Shown: piece after piece, positions 37,254 through 51,900 of the stretch | Numbering within the stretch: the stretch's first letter is position 1 | How the letters are laid out: each line of letters opens with the position of its first letter | DNA from: Harriotta raleighana | Lineage: Eukaryota | Direction of reading: 5' to 3' | DNA length: 64,000 nucleotides | Assembly (NCBI GenBank): GCA_050575255.1 | Contig: JBNZDD010013522.1 | Coordinates: 822,116 to 886,115 of the forward strand | Made by a program: the position numbers and the translations under genes | Notes under the pieces: model-generated | The model's input: the letters and a program-made list of their open reading frames with translations, nothing else | What the model was told of the DNA's origin: nothing | Database searches by the model: none

Positions 37254-39957
37254 TCATTTTAAGATTCAGTAACTTCACGCGGCAATGTTTAACATCAGCT
37301 GAGTGATGAGTAAACAAGGAAATCTTTCTTAAAATCAGCCCCAGTAAAAACACACAGTTGGTTGATTTTGTGTTTATGAAGGAGACCGATATGGTTCATG
37401 TAAAAAGATATAGTTGGCTGATACTCACTTGAGTGAACTGATTATATATAAGCTGATGTTCAATGAGATTTTTGGGGGTCTGGCTACCTTGGGGGTTTCT
37501 GAGATAGTGACCCATTCTATATCTTTGTCAACCAGACCTTTACATTGTATTTAGTTCAGAGAATTCTGGTTAAATACTCTATTAACATACATAGCTTGCT
37601 TTTTGATTTTTCACAGTTACCGCCCTCCCTAGAATTGAAAGTGGTTTAAAATACTGTCTTTTTTTGGTTAGTGTTGTATTGAAGAAAATCGGTGCTCCCA
37701 TGTTAATAAAGGGGTAATTTTCTTTCATGTGTTCCACATAGAGAATTTGTTGACGTGTGACAATGTGGAACTGTGCGCAAATGGGCTGCCATGTTTTACT
37801 GTCACTCACAGTGAATCCCGTGAATCGCTTTGAGATTTCCTCCTCACCTGAAAGGCGCCATACCGAATGCAAAGATTACTAGTTATACTGTACTCTGTTC
37901 TGTCCTGTCCAGAATTGGATTTATCCTGTGTGGGTTAATAAACAAATAAATAAATGCAATTAAATTTCAAAAGCATCATTTAATTTCACAATAATAATAT
38001 CCTATTGCTGTAGACTTTTTTTTATGAATGATAGATTTACTAAACTTACCATGTGAGCCCACAGGATTGTATTCTCTATTTGGAATGCAGGCAGCCAAGG
38101 TCATGGTAGACTTAGTTAAAAATCTTGGATGCGCTCTCCCTCTCTTCTCCCTTCCCCTCTCCCTACAGGACTTGAGAGCAGTGAATGTCCCTGTCTTGGA
38201 TGTAGTCGGAAAAAATGAAGTCAGATCTGGGTCTTTTTGACCGACTCGTTCCTCTTGGTATAGCTTTTGAGCAGTTTCCTAAAGACTGGTGGCCAAGTCC
38301 CCCTCCTGACTGATGTACTGTCATGGGCAGGAGAAAAAGAAACCGAGAGAAAAGAAAAAACTTGTGTTTTTTATAGTTGCCTCAATTCAAAATGTCTTGA
38401 AGCATTTTAGAGTAATTACTAAGTGCGAGCAGATAAAGAGTCAAACGCAAGGCTTCATAATCCCTGGAATCAGATGAGTGTTCCTGTGTCCTACAATATC
38501 TCACTGTAATGTTCGGTTCAAAATGATTGCAAATCTTTACAGGCAAATTGTCTTCGGTGGGGAGGGTTTGTGTTCGCTGAGGCAAGGGATATCATTATAA
38601 TTGGAGTTGAGGTACAGATCAGCCATGATGTAACAGGCTTGGGGCTGAATGGCCTCCTCCTGTTCCTATATTGAGAGTGAAATACCTGCCCACTGTGGGC
38701 ACCTACTGTCAGTATTGAGTGCTCCCAGGACAGTTTGAATACTCTGTGTTGGGAGGCTGTAAAATCTTCCATCCTCTGCTACAGCCGTTTGCTTTGATGC
38801 TGGGGAATCTGAAGGCGAGAGGGAGTCGTGTAATTCCAGACATGTATAACATAAGCACTTTGCATGGAAACAAAATCTTAAATATGTACCCGTTTGTTTC
38901 TGTGTTATATAGTATGTCAATATATTGTTCCTCAAACTATACAGTTCTTGTGGCAGCTGCCTTGGTCAGGCTGACAACATTTTCCAAATAAACGCTCGCT
39001 ACACTTCACAGCAAATCATGTGAAGCGCTTTGAGAGGTGATAAGGTGTTATATCAAATGCAAATATTATTATTGTTGTTGGCTATAAAAATGCTTAAGTG
39101 CATTCACCCACTTGAAATTCTGCGCAAACCCTCTTGAAAAAGATGGCACTTAATCTCGTTTAATTCTGATGTTCTTGAAAGTCTACCTGTACACAGATGG
39201 TCCAGTAAAAAGGATTCCATTCTTTGTATTTTAGAAGCATCTTGGCTTGTCCCCTTTCCACTCCTGTCCTATGAACAAAGCAAAATGAAAGAGGTATTTT
39301 TATGCATTTAAAAAAAAACAGTAGCGAGCTAGCACCCAATTAGAAGTCTTTTGTGATCTCCAATTTAGCCAAAATTACATTATCTGTGCCGTCTTTTGTT
39401 GCATAATTGATTTGCAGAGCAACTACTTAAACCTCAGTTCCCCCCTTTACTACACTCACAACGCCAGCCAATGTACTATTGAGAGGGATGATGAATTACC
39501 CCAACTTCTTGATGCTAATGCATCAAGGAAGAAATCGCACACTACACGGGAGTGCCACTGACAGTAGCACTGCATCAGAGCAAGGCGCGAGGAGGGACTC
39601 CCAGTCCATGAAAAATATCCGTCTCCCGGGCCCCTGCCAGTGTCAACAAGTGAACGTTTTTGGAAAAGAGGTGACATTCGGTAGGCTGATGAAGGACTTG
39701 TTGGCAGCAGATTGTGTTACTGTCACAGGCCCTAAGTTTTATTTTTGTATTGCTGGTGGGTTCTGCTTGCAGGAGTTGATGGAGCAGATTTATGGCAGCT
39801 GCTGGGCACAACAAATTAAGTTGACAGTGATGTATGGGAGCATTATGCCATGATGATCCTGCCGTAACTCTGCTGGACTCCTCTGCTTCATTTGGCTCTT
39901 GTTAGTATCTGTTAGGCTGCTAAGTAATGAAATTCTGCTGACTGACTTGTGTTTTTT

Positions 39958-39990
<33 letters not shown>

Positions 39991-42900
39991 GCCTCCGCCG
40001 TTCCCCCTCTTCCCGCGCTCCCCCTCTCTCTCTCTCTGTCTTTCCTGTCCTCCTGCCTCCCGATTCCCAGACCCATCCGAATGCCAGCAAACTGCCCTTG
40101 AAGGAATCCTTCACTTTTGATGACTACAGGTTGGTGTTTTAAGACAAAAGATATGAACGAACAGAAAGAAGGAAACCTGAAACAAAAATCTGGGGGTAGG
40201 ACGGGTGGCAGAGGGGAATATTTCTGTTTGCTCCGTAACCTATTAAACAACCAGTGAATAGTGCCACTCTGATTGCCCGCAAAATACCGTCAATTCACTT
40301 TACAGTATATCCAGTGAAGCGCTTTGAGACGACTCAACGATGTGATAAGACGCTGTATCAAATGCAAGGATTATTCTTATCAATGATTTATTCCCCCCGC
40401 CCCCCACCCCCCATTCTAATTTAATTCCAAACACATGAACATGAACAGAGATGTGTCGAGTTAACCCAAATACCCCTGGAAAGGTTTCCTGTTCAATGAC
40501 CCCTGCCGGATATCTGGCTCAGATGCCCTCCCCATCATTATACACTTTGCTTGGAATGAGCAAATCAAGACTAGCGACTCTAGACACATACCACACAGCT
40601 TCTGGTGAAGCCATGGAACCACATGGCAGAGTGAGTCGGGATCAGAGAGCTGGGAGGTACTACAGTGTTTAGAAAATGATGTACAGTACTAGAGTTGCAA
40701 GGCTACAGTACATCTGGACTGCAAAGGTCCACACTGTTGATCGATCTCTTAATTTTATTGCTGGAGCCTGAGAAACAAAGAGAAGTGAATTTATTTTCCT
40801 TTGTCCTCATCTCTGTGGCCCACACATATCGACGCTCCGCTTGTCTGTGCTGGTTGGAAACGGGTCAGCACCCTGTAGCCACTCTTGACGTCATCCTTAC
40901 CCAAACGGAGCTGTCTGTCTGACTGACCGCTGACCACAGCAGCACAGAGGCTCCCATTGCTGTGATCAATCTCACATGGTATTCATCAGCTCTCTGTCGC
41001 CCAGTTCCTCAAGCCTCAGAATGTGTGCGTGCTCTATAAAGAAATCAAGTGAGCTAGTCTACTTCTTAACTGGTCAGGTCATTTATCCCCTTCCCCCAGC
41101 AACCAGTGTGAGCATTGCTAGGAGATGTCCCATGTAGTGACGTTCACCCAGGTCCCTCTCTGGGAGCTGTTCCCACTCACGTCTGTTTGTTTGTGGGTCT
41201 GGGCGGCTTTGTGAGCTTTCCCTGCAGTTCAATACAATGGAACTTGTAAGCACAGCGACAGCAATGTCTTCGGTGCTTTACAAAATGCAGGAGGTGTAAA
41301 CTACGAGGTGTAAACTGATTTATAGAGGAGAGATGGCTTGCCCATGAACTATAGTACAGTCCCTTTGTGATGAACTCTGGTTGTTCAGGAGTTATGAGAT
41401 GTTCCTTGAGGAATACAATCACCATGTTTCCTCCGTGTCACCATCTCATTTTTTTTCCCTGTTGCAACTATAACTTGATGTAGAAAAACAAAACGTGTCA
41501 CTGGAAGATAGTGTATTACCCCCTTATGGTATGTCTTACCATCCCAGTCATCAAAAGTGTGGCTTTCAAATTTTTACCTGAAAATGCAGGGTTTATATTT
41601 TTGAAACGAGCAAAAAAAAAATCCTTAATACCACTCTGATCAGATAATAATAATAATAATAATCCTTGCATTTGGTATGGTGCCTTATCACACATTGAGA
41701 CGTCTGAAAGAGCTTTACATGATAAACTGTAAAATGGATTGGCTGATTATTTTGTGGATGATATACTATATATTGGTTGTACATTTAGTTTTTTTTAAAA
41801 ATTAAATATAATTCCTCCTCTGCTGCATGCTCTTAGTTTTTAAACTTGTGTGAGGTGAACTCATGTAAAAACATGTCCCTGTTTTAATGTTCACGAATGC
41901 CACACCTGCTTTCTTTCTCCTTGATGTTTGCCTGAGGTTTGGTTTGAGGAAGGGCATCGGATATTGGATGTATTAAAACCTTCTGTTTTTCCCCTCTGTG
42001 CAGGTGGGCTGTGTCCTCCGTCATGACGCGTCAGAACCAGATACCAACTGAAGACGGCTCCAGAGTGACTCTGGCCCTCATACCTCTGTGGGATATGTGT
42101 AATCACACCAACGGCCTGGTGAGTACACAGCAGCTAATGCCCTCACACTTTCTCCCAGCCTCCTGGCCAACAATTTTGAACCCCAAATAAAGTTTTTTTT
42201 AATTCACTTTGTGGCTGTTTTGCTATCCCCTTGCTGTACGCAGACTGGCTGCCCGTGTTTGTCCACAAATCACTGTAAAGTGCTTTCGAGTTCTTTTGAC
42301 TTAATGGTATTGTATCAGGCACGAGGAGTATTATTATTATTACTACACAGTTGCGCACCCTCTGTGATCTGTTAGGCGGCTTCTAAATTTCCAGCCAGTT
42401 TGGCAAACGGATGGAGCATCTGTGTGTCTTTCTTTATATAAAAAAAAAAGCAAATCTCTGCTTGTTGGATCCTGATCATCACAGGCGACTGCTGAGCGTC
42501 CTCCCACTCTCCCGCAGGCAGGAGCTCAGGATAGTCTGGGTCACTCACAGCTCCACAGGCCTTGCCAATACCCCACCCTGATCTCACAAGGGGCTTTGGA
42601 GGGCAGGCGTACAATGTGTTTACAGTCTATCCTCGGACATTAATACCTGTATTTTTCCATTCGGAAATTCAGATACACTGACACTTTCCACAAGATTTTA
42701 GTGAAATCCTCTTTTTTTGTTTTGTGCCCAGAGTGTGGAGAATGTTAATAAAATAGTCTTGGCGTTTGATACAACCAGCGCATTATCATGATGTCATTGA
42801 GGATTGAGAAGTGCTTCACAGAATATTCTGTACTGTGAAGTGGATTGACTGTAGATTTAGTGAAATTTCTGCTTGTCTGTGACACTCGGCTGATTGTCTC

Positions 42901-45900
42901 TTACTGTAATCCTTTTGTTTGTAGATCACCACCGGATACAACCTGGAGGATGATCGGTGTGAATGTGTTGCTTTGCAGGACTACAAACAGGGGGATCAGG
43001 TAGGCTCGAGCATCCTTCATTCATAACCTCCCCAAACCCTTTGATCAGTCGATTTTTTTTTTTTTCATTATTCAGGTATTATGTTTTTTAAAAAAAAATA
43101 CAGGTTAATATGAAAAAATATTGGTAAGAGATGAATTACTGCCAGCAAAAATACTGCTCTAATTACACAGAAGGATGGATTGGGAATTGTGTGCTGTGTG
43201 TACACACTTCCCTGCTGCTGTGCAGAGTATTTGATCAGAATTATCAGTGCTGCATTTTGAGTTTGATATGCTGGATTGATTTTAAAATCTCATGATGTGA
43301 ATTACCCGAATGCTAAATATTTTAAATAGTTTGTGTAGAAGCCACAATCTGGTCATTTTCCTCCTCCATTCACACAGTTTCTCCACAGTCGTAATAATTA
43401 ATTTCAAAATAAACACACTAATTTTGTAGCTTTGTATTCAATTTAATCATCAAACCTGCTGATTGATGAAAGGGACAGGGCTGTGCAGAGCGAAGAGAAG
43501 TTTGGGGATGTTTTTAATATCGATCGTTGATTGTTTGGGGGGAGTGTGGAGGATTAAAGGAGCAGTTTGATTATAAACTGTGAAGGATGGTGAGTCTACA
43601 TGACGATGGAACAGTCCGGGCAATTTGTAATTATGCCAGGCAGTCTGGTTTGCTGAGTGAAGTGCGTATTCGAACACTGTTAAATTGTTCACACGGAGAA
43701 AAATCGATTGCAGTTGTCGTGTGATGTGCAACCTTCCCCCCCCCGCCCCCACCTCCCAAGACAGTGATTTTGCAGTGATCCGCCTTGACAGTTCAGAGCA
43801 TGTTATCCATAGGTTTGGGAAGAAAGAAAGCCTGGAAGTTCCGACAATAGTTGAGACATCTTGCAGCTCTCCCTTAGTTTGCAACAACCTATTGTCAACA
43901 CGCGTCAAGAACAACAACTTGTATTTATTCAACAACATCTTGAAGTCCTTATTCCCTTGAGCCATGTCTTCGAAAGGGAAAGCAGTGGAGATCTCGCCTG
44001 ATGTGCAGAATCCACATTGTTAACTCACCGTCACTGGGCAGAGTATATGGGCTACATACACAGCTCGGGATGGATTTGGGTACAACGGGCAATTCAGCAG
44101 TGAGGTTTATTGAGACATGTCCATGGTACAGTACAGCAGTTCCATTTCCTGAGTGGCTCTCACACATTCCAGCGCTAGCTACCAAAATAACTTCAGTAGA
44201 CCTCCAAAATAGAACATTTCGCATTGCACAACGGTTACTTTCGGGCCAATAATTAGTCCCCGGGTGAAGGATTTGCTCGTACACATCAGCGAATGGCACG
44301 CGTAATGTTTCCTTTCAAAAAAAGGTTCACTGGAAAAGGCTCCTCGATGTTTTACACTGCCCTCCATGCAGTCATGTAATTCTGTCTCCCTGACTAATCG
44401 CCCTGTGTGAGATTATACCATCGCCCGCACACAATAGCCAAGGACAACTTGCAAAGTTGTGGCTACGTACAAGACAAGCTTCTTAATAAACCGGGTTATC
44501 TGCCACATTCTGCTTTAACAGTGAGAAAGGTCAGCGAGGGGGGCATCAGGAGTTTAGTCTGTTGTGTAAAGGTTCAGCTAAATGCATGTGTTGGTTTACA
44601 TCAACCTTCATGGGTAAGGTGAGAAGGAGGAACCTTCTCTTTGTAGGATCACAGAGCAGAACCATCATTTAATAAAAAATGGACAAGGTTTAGTATATTT
44701 CGAAAAATGGGTCAGAAATGACCATTTAACTAGCGCTGATCAAGAGCAGCATAACTCAAGTGACACAGACCACACTATATATCAGCCTTCAACAATGTGA
44801 GGCATAAGTTTGTTTCCTCCCTTCATTACGTCAGCTCAGCCAAAACACCTTGACCAGTTAAACTTCCTAAAATACCTGCCCCCCCCCAAATGAACTAAGG
44901 ATTGCGGAATGCCTATGTTCACTCTGAATAGGTTGATTGTGATTTGTTCCTCTCCTGACATTGACACGAAGGACAAAGCTGTCCCCGGGAATGGATGGGA
45001 GCCCGTGCAATGACCTGGTTTCTCTCCCCAAGAAGAGCTTAATTTGCCTGTGCATTGGAAATCATGCCTGGAATTGTCAGGCCTCAGTGCAGCACTCCTG
45101 TAGCTCAGTGGGTTAGAGCGCTCACCTTATAAGCGTGAGAACCGTGTTCAAATCCAGACAGGTCAGGGCCAAACCTTGGGCAAGTTTCCTTACACCACAC
45201 ACACACACACGCCTAATAATAATCCCTTGAAAAAGAACATAATAATAAGATTGGTCATTTAATTCCCAGATTGTTTGTGGGGACGCTACTGGGCGCAATT
45301 AGCTGCCGTGTTTCGCTCTCCCACCAATATACAGTCAATTCACTTTACAGTATATTCTTGTGAAGCGCTTTGAGACGTCTAGAAAATGCAAGGATTATTA
45401 TTGTTATTATTATTATTATTCCTGTACAGGCCAGGGTGGTGGTGTTGTTGACGGGGAGGGATGAGCAGCAGTCTCACATGTTACTGACATGCGTCTGTGA
45501 GGGCAATGAATGGGTTCTAACAACCTCAGCGGATAGGTTGTGATTGTTACACTTTCGAAATGTGAAGGAATTTTTCGACCAGTGAAATGGAATATCATAA
45601 AATGTTTTAACAACAGCAATAACCACAGAATTACGTTTGTATAAGTGCCTTTTACGTCTGCTTTAAGTAACACAGTTTCAGCATCCAGGGAGGATATCAG
45701 ACAGACAGTGGTTTAGGAGATGCTGGACCAAAGCAGCTGCAGAAATAATAATAATAATCCTTACATTTGATAAAGCGCATTTCAAGTCTTCTAAGACGTC
45801 TCGAAGCGCTTCACAGAATATACTGTAAAAAGCCATAGAGAAAAGCCAAACTCAATCTTGCCAAAAAGACGAGGAGTCAGTGAGCTAGAAGCCTGTGCTA

Positions 45901-48900
45901 TTATTAATGACAAGCGTGGCAGGCAAGGGCAGAAAGGAGTCACGGGCTTCGGAGGATAGCAAAGCCGGCTGCCAACGAAATGCAGCAGATATCCTACATA
46001 CAGAGTTAGATCCCCATTGTAACCCTCCAGAACACCAGCCAGAGTAAAGCAGTGCAGATTCCTGACCCAGTTCCACCACACTTTCTGTTCCTCGTATGAC
46101 AATTGGTAAATTAGGTGGAGGGTATGTGGGGGGGGGGGGGGGGNNNNNNNNNNNNNNNNNNNNNNNNNNNNNNNNNNNNNNNNNNNNNNNNNNNNNNNNN
46201 NNNNNNNNNNNNNNNNNNNNNNNNNNNNNNNNNNNNNNNNNNNNNNNNNNNNNNNNNNNNNNNNNNNNNNNNNNNNNNNNNNNNNNNNNNNNNNNNNNNN
46301 NNNNNNNNNNNNNNNNNNNNNNNNNNNNNNGCGGTGTGTGGGGCGCGAGGGAGACTTGTCACAATCATTTTAAAAACCGTTCAGTAAATTTAATCCCACA
46401 CCGTATCCAATCTCCAGCACCACAGGCACTGCAGCCGCTCTGCTCCCCACCATAGTGAGCTAACTCTGCCATACCCACGAGTGCAATTGGGAATGTTACA
46501 AAGTACCACAGCACCATGATACTCTAGAGCAAAAATCTTTGTCTGGCAGAGCCTGTTAGTCACCTCGTACTTCGGTAGGGGTGACTAGTGAGGCATGGCC
46601 ATCTCTCTCGCTTCCAGAGACCGGCCACTTTTCTGAATGTTTTTGCAGCTTTATTATTCACACGCTGTGTACCAATGGATTTGGAAAGGAAAGTCTGGAT
46701 GGGGGTTTTATATAATGCCACTGTCTGCCATTTCCTGTGGGAGGTGATTTGTTGCTTTGATGTTAAGCCAAACATCGTTCAACAAAATGCCATCAGACTG
46801 CTACGCGTTTGGCGCAGTTTTAAAGAACAGCGAATTAGCAAATCCTCGTGTAAAGGGACCTTTCGTCAATTAATGAAACACACATCAGGAATGATGTTTA
46901 CTCCGCGCTCGGAAAGTGGCAAAGAAATGCGGATTATCTCACTCTGCAGAGCGCAGCATGTCTCCGACAAGCGCTCAGACATTCATCCTGCGTGAGAGGC
47001 GATGAGTGTGAGTTGTTAATAATAAGAATAATAATCCTTGCATTTTGATATAGCGGCTTTTCACGTCTTTTCACGTCTCAAAGTGATTCGCAGAATATAC
47101 ACTGTAAAGTGAATCGACTGTATTTGTGGGCGAAACGCGGCAGCCAATTGTGTTGTTTGCATTGCGCGGAGTAAGCGGTGGAACATATGATGCAACATAA
47201 ATCCCAGAAACAATCTCTCAGGCCACTGGCCCAAGCTTAGATTATGTGTCGTCCTGAATTATCTAATGCATTTATACTGGGGGTTTATTGCCCCCCAGCA
47301 GCCTGCGACTGATTTCCTTCCACAGACTTTCATTTCTCTTCCCTCTGCTCATTGTTAATCTCAGATATAAAGGCAAATCTCCGTGTTTGAAATTCAAGCC
47401 TTTTTTGTTAACTTTCTGCCGATAAGTTTGCACCCAGCTGCAGCGCTGTGAGACGCTACCCTGTGTGTGAGTGGGACTGTGTAATTACAAGTTCCCGTCC
47501 TTTTGGCTGAAACGCCCTGTTTTATGCCTTTCAGATCTACATTTTCTATGGGACACGATCCAACGCGGAGTTTGTGATCCACAACGGATTTTTCTTCAAT
47601 AATAACTCACACGACAGAGTGAAGATAAAGCTGGGAGTCAGTAAGAGTGACCGACTGTACGCAATGAAAGCAGAAGTCCTAGCGCGAGCTGGCATACCAA
47701 CGTAAGTAGTTTTTTAAAGTCACTCCCACCCGCCCCCCTCCATGCGACAGCCTCCGCCGTCCCTTTCTTTTCAGTCAGGGTCACAATATTCACTTTGCTG
47801 CGAGCAGCGATTGCTATGAAAACCTCAGTTTGTTTTGCCTTATATGTAGCGTAAAATTATGTAATTAAGTGTGTAATATTAATCCCTGTTTTTTTCCACG
47901 AAACGCTACTTATACCATGGTTTGTCATTGTAGTTACACGAACAATAACTTGCATTACGTTACTCTTATCAACCTGTAAAATGTGTAACACTTGGATTGT
48001 AGGAAACTTTATCTCTATGTACAGTAGCTCCATTCCCAATTTAGCTCAAGCTTCTGTTCTTCAACCCCACATACAGTTCTTCCTTTCAGCGCCTTGTGAC
48101 GTCCTCCTGATGTGAAAGGCGCTATACAAGTGTCATTTTGTTGTTCTGTTGTTCCATTTACATGTTGTCTAGCTGGTCAGTTAAAGCTTGTGGCGTGTGT
48201 GTAAAGATGCTGGGAGTCTGTGTTTTGCTGCTTTGCTGTCTTGGGGAAGGAGCCAGTATCAGATGGCTGGTTGCTGTTAACTGGTGTCTGTACAGTTAAC
48301 TGAGACTTGGATGATGGGCATTAAGTTCAGGTATCTGATTTGACTCCAGAAGCTTCAGGTAGAAAGATAAGATGTACTTGTGTTCAACTGGCTGTGAGGT
48401 TGCTGCTATTTTGTCTCGACATCGCTCCAAGTTCCTCCAATGGGAGAGACGAGAGCGTCCTGAAGCCTGCTGGCTGTCTGAACGCCTGTGATGAAGTGTG
48501 CTAATGCGCCAAATAAAAATATTGCTTTCGCCACAACTTTTCTCAACAGAAATTTTTCACTTAACTTATCACATCGACTAACCTTTCACTGTCAGGGGGC
48601 TGCTGTGCCACAACCTCAGATGGAACTTTAATTAATGGAGAAAGCCGTAAAAAAGGTTCTCTCACTCACCAGCCCCACTTACTGTAACTCGGGTTTTATA
48701 GAGCTCCCACGGACAGCAATACAGAGATGAACACTCGTGCATTAATTTGAGTGAAATCGATCGAGCTTTTCCCCCTCTAAAACCAAGCCATAACGTTTAA
48801 AAAGCATCACCATGATTTTCTCCATAATCGATTCCATGCCAGAAGATTTTTTTTCTCTCTCTCTCTCTCTCCATATACCATGCAATATTTTAAAGTGAGA

Positions 48901-51900
48901 TACAATTATCTCCGCGGCTGTCGGCCTCTGGGATCTGTCGTGGAGAGTGGAGAAATTTCTGGCTTGGACACCCATTGTTTTTAAGGCAATTGGGTGCATT
49001 CAGCAGAGTGGGGGAACACAAGACTGTCATTGAATTGAGAACCACAAGGGCTGGTATTAAACTGTAGACTGACAGTATCGCTCAATGTTGCACACAATGT
49101 TGTTTGGCTTTGGGGACAGAATGTGTGGATTGAACTGAGGATTCAATATATTTGCTCCCATCGGTGCCTCCCTGGTCAACAAGCTTTTGGGAATTCGACC
49201 CGTTAGGAATTTGCAAATCTGTCCCCACCAAATGCTGTTTCATGGAATTGACTGTTTTATGGAATGCCCCCACCCCCTCAATGTGATGTGCAGAGATTTA
49301 TTTCAGATTGTCGTTTTCTTGAAAACACAATCTCATTTTCCTGGTTCGCTCAGTATATAGGAAGACATTGGCAGCAAGCACCCACAACACCTGGGACTCA
49401 CTTGTCCTGTCTCAGAGGAGAAAGGGCTGAGTGTGGCGATCAGTGCTGTCCAAATGGGCTTTCACTCAGGGGATCTCACCTTACAATAAATGGATGATCA
49501 GACAGATAGCGCAGGTAAAAAGAATGTGCACTTGCTCACAGACACAAGGGACTGATAAAGTGGTTAGGCAAGGCACAGTGAATCGTGTAGACAGACCAGT
49601 GCGACTTATTCCTTCACCAGCCGCTGTGTGATCTCGTGCTGTGCTCGTCTTTAAATCTTCTGTTCATTTCCTGGTTTGCTGTTGCTGTGCTGATAGCTCA
49701 CCTTGCTAATGCTACACGCTTGTTGTAGCTGACAACACAAATTAATCTGGCCGACTAAACTCACGGTGTCCATGTGTTCCTGTCAGGTCCAGTGTATTTG
49801 CTCTGCACTGCAGCGAGCCCCCGATCTCGGCCCAGCTGTTGGCTTTCCTGCGGGTTTTCTGCATGACTGAAGGTAAAACCTTTTTCCTCTTAATTTACAA
49901 AAAAAAAACACACCGGGGCGAGCATAATTGATAGCCAGGAATGATTGCAAGGCCATCGCCTTCCATAGGTCTCCCAACAACTCCTTACACTGCACAGGAG
50001 CAGCTCAACACAGTTCATCACAAATGACCCAACTCCCTTGAAACCATTCCTGCAAAATGTCCGCTTCGTGGACGTGAGCCAGGAGTTGATCCTAGGCGTT
50101 GGCCTGTCTGGAGGATTAACTACAGACAATAAGCACTGCAAATTCATCAAGATATGAACAGATCATTAACAGAGAAATCTGTTTTCTGATGGACAACACA
50201 TTTATATCTGTTTTGCCATATAGTCTTTCAATTAAGCCTATTTCCCCTCACCCTCCCCACGCCCCCCCTCACTGCATTTCAGGATGTTCTTAAGTGCTTC
50301 AAGCTTAGCATTTCTGGACAGCACATTGATGATGTTCATTTGCCATTACTGTATTAGAATACCTCATTTTTTGAAAAAAAAAATATTTCCTCCTTGTAAA
50401 GTGGACTCCCTTAATAACGATGTCAGCTTAGTACACTCTCACTGCGTCTCCTTATTGGGAGTCTGCGAGTTCACAGTCTAGGCTGACACTCCAGTGCAGT
50501 GATGGGGTGTGGGGGGCAAGCTGCAATGTCATTCTTTTGAATGAGATGCTAAAACCGAGATCCCACAAACATCTGTTTGTTCAGTTTGGGAATGAAAGAT
50601 CCCATAACTATTCAAAAAGAGAAGGGAGTTTCTCCCAGTGCTTTGGCCAAAATCATCCAGGTAAAATTGGTCAGTTAGCTCCTGTCTGATTGTAGGATTT
50701 TATTATTTTATTATTATGGGCTCCCCCTGGGAGAGAGAGAGAGAGAGAGAGACATGTGGGCATTTTTCTTGAAGAGGAAATTCCAAATCAGTGCTGTACA
50801 TTGTTTGACTGATATTGAAGTTTGAGCTCTCATATCTGTAATTATTCCATTGCAGATGAACTGAAAGAACACCTTGTGGGTGAGCACGCCATTGATAAGA
50901 TTTTTACTCTGGGAAACTCTGAGTTCCCTGTGAGCTGGGATAACGAGATCAAACTGTGGACATTTCTTGAAACCAGAGCTGCTCTCCTGTTAAAAAGCTA
51001 TAAAACCACCTCTGAGGTAAGTTTATTATTAACACTGTAATATATAGATGTATGTGTGGAAGAGAATGTGTGCGGGATTTAGATGGATGACTTTAATTCA
51101 AACTTAGTATTGCACCCACAGAGAGAATACCCGGTGATTTATACCTGTTCTTTGTTCACTTGTTGCTAATTTCTCTACCTACCCCCCATCCCCCCACCTA
51201 AAAATATCGCTGTAGTCAGCAAACTCAATAGCTTATTTAAAAAGCTATTATTAATCCGTGCATTTAAAACAGCGCCTTATCACATCATCGCGACGTCTCA
51301 AAGCGCTTCCCAAAACATGCTGTGAAGTGAATTGACTGTGTATTTTGTCGGTGTTCAGTGTGTGTGGTTCAATGACTGTGGAATGTGGACGGCCCTCATC
51401 TGCCTACATTGAAAAACAGTCACTGAGACTTCAAAGTTACCACACACGTCAGGGTAGCAACAAATAGCATTTATATTGTGCCTCAATGCGTTTGACAGAT
51501 CAGTTTGTTGATTCAACAACAACGACAAGATTACATTGATAGAGCGCCTTTCACGTCGGGGGCGCAGCGAGACATTTCAGCTTGACGATATTTTCTTTTA
51601 ATTAAACACTCACACCCCCCCCCCCCCGTGAGTGTGTGTGCGTGCACGTGTGTTGTTCACCCCTCATTCCCGCCCCGGGACTCCTTCCCGTCTCTCCAGG
51701 TGGATGTGTCGCTGCTGGAGAAGCCGGAGCTTTTGTACCACACGCGGATGGCCATCCAGTTGCGCTCGGCGGAGAGGGAGATCCTGGAGAGAGGGGTGAA
51801 GAGCGCGGCCAGCAAGCGAGAGAACTTCACAACACTGCAGGACAAGGATGCACCTCTGCCCAAGTACGAGGAGAGCAACATCGCCATGCTGGAGAACAGC

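Noticed and set aside
37086-37356. Exact direct duplication of about 107 bp
   Set aside because: The copies are separated by a single N (37193) and a long G run, typical of an unmerged contig overlap
42001-42009. AG|GT recursive-splice-like motifs at several acceptors (21407, 42004, 49787, 51700)
   Set aside because: The GT comes from conserved codons and the following bases are poor donor matches
43450-44367. Cluster of overlapping 60-171 aa ORFs, possible nested gene
   Set aside because: No recognisable domain or consistent splice structure; treated as chance ORFs
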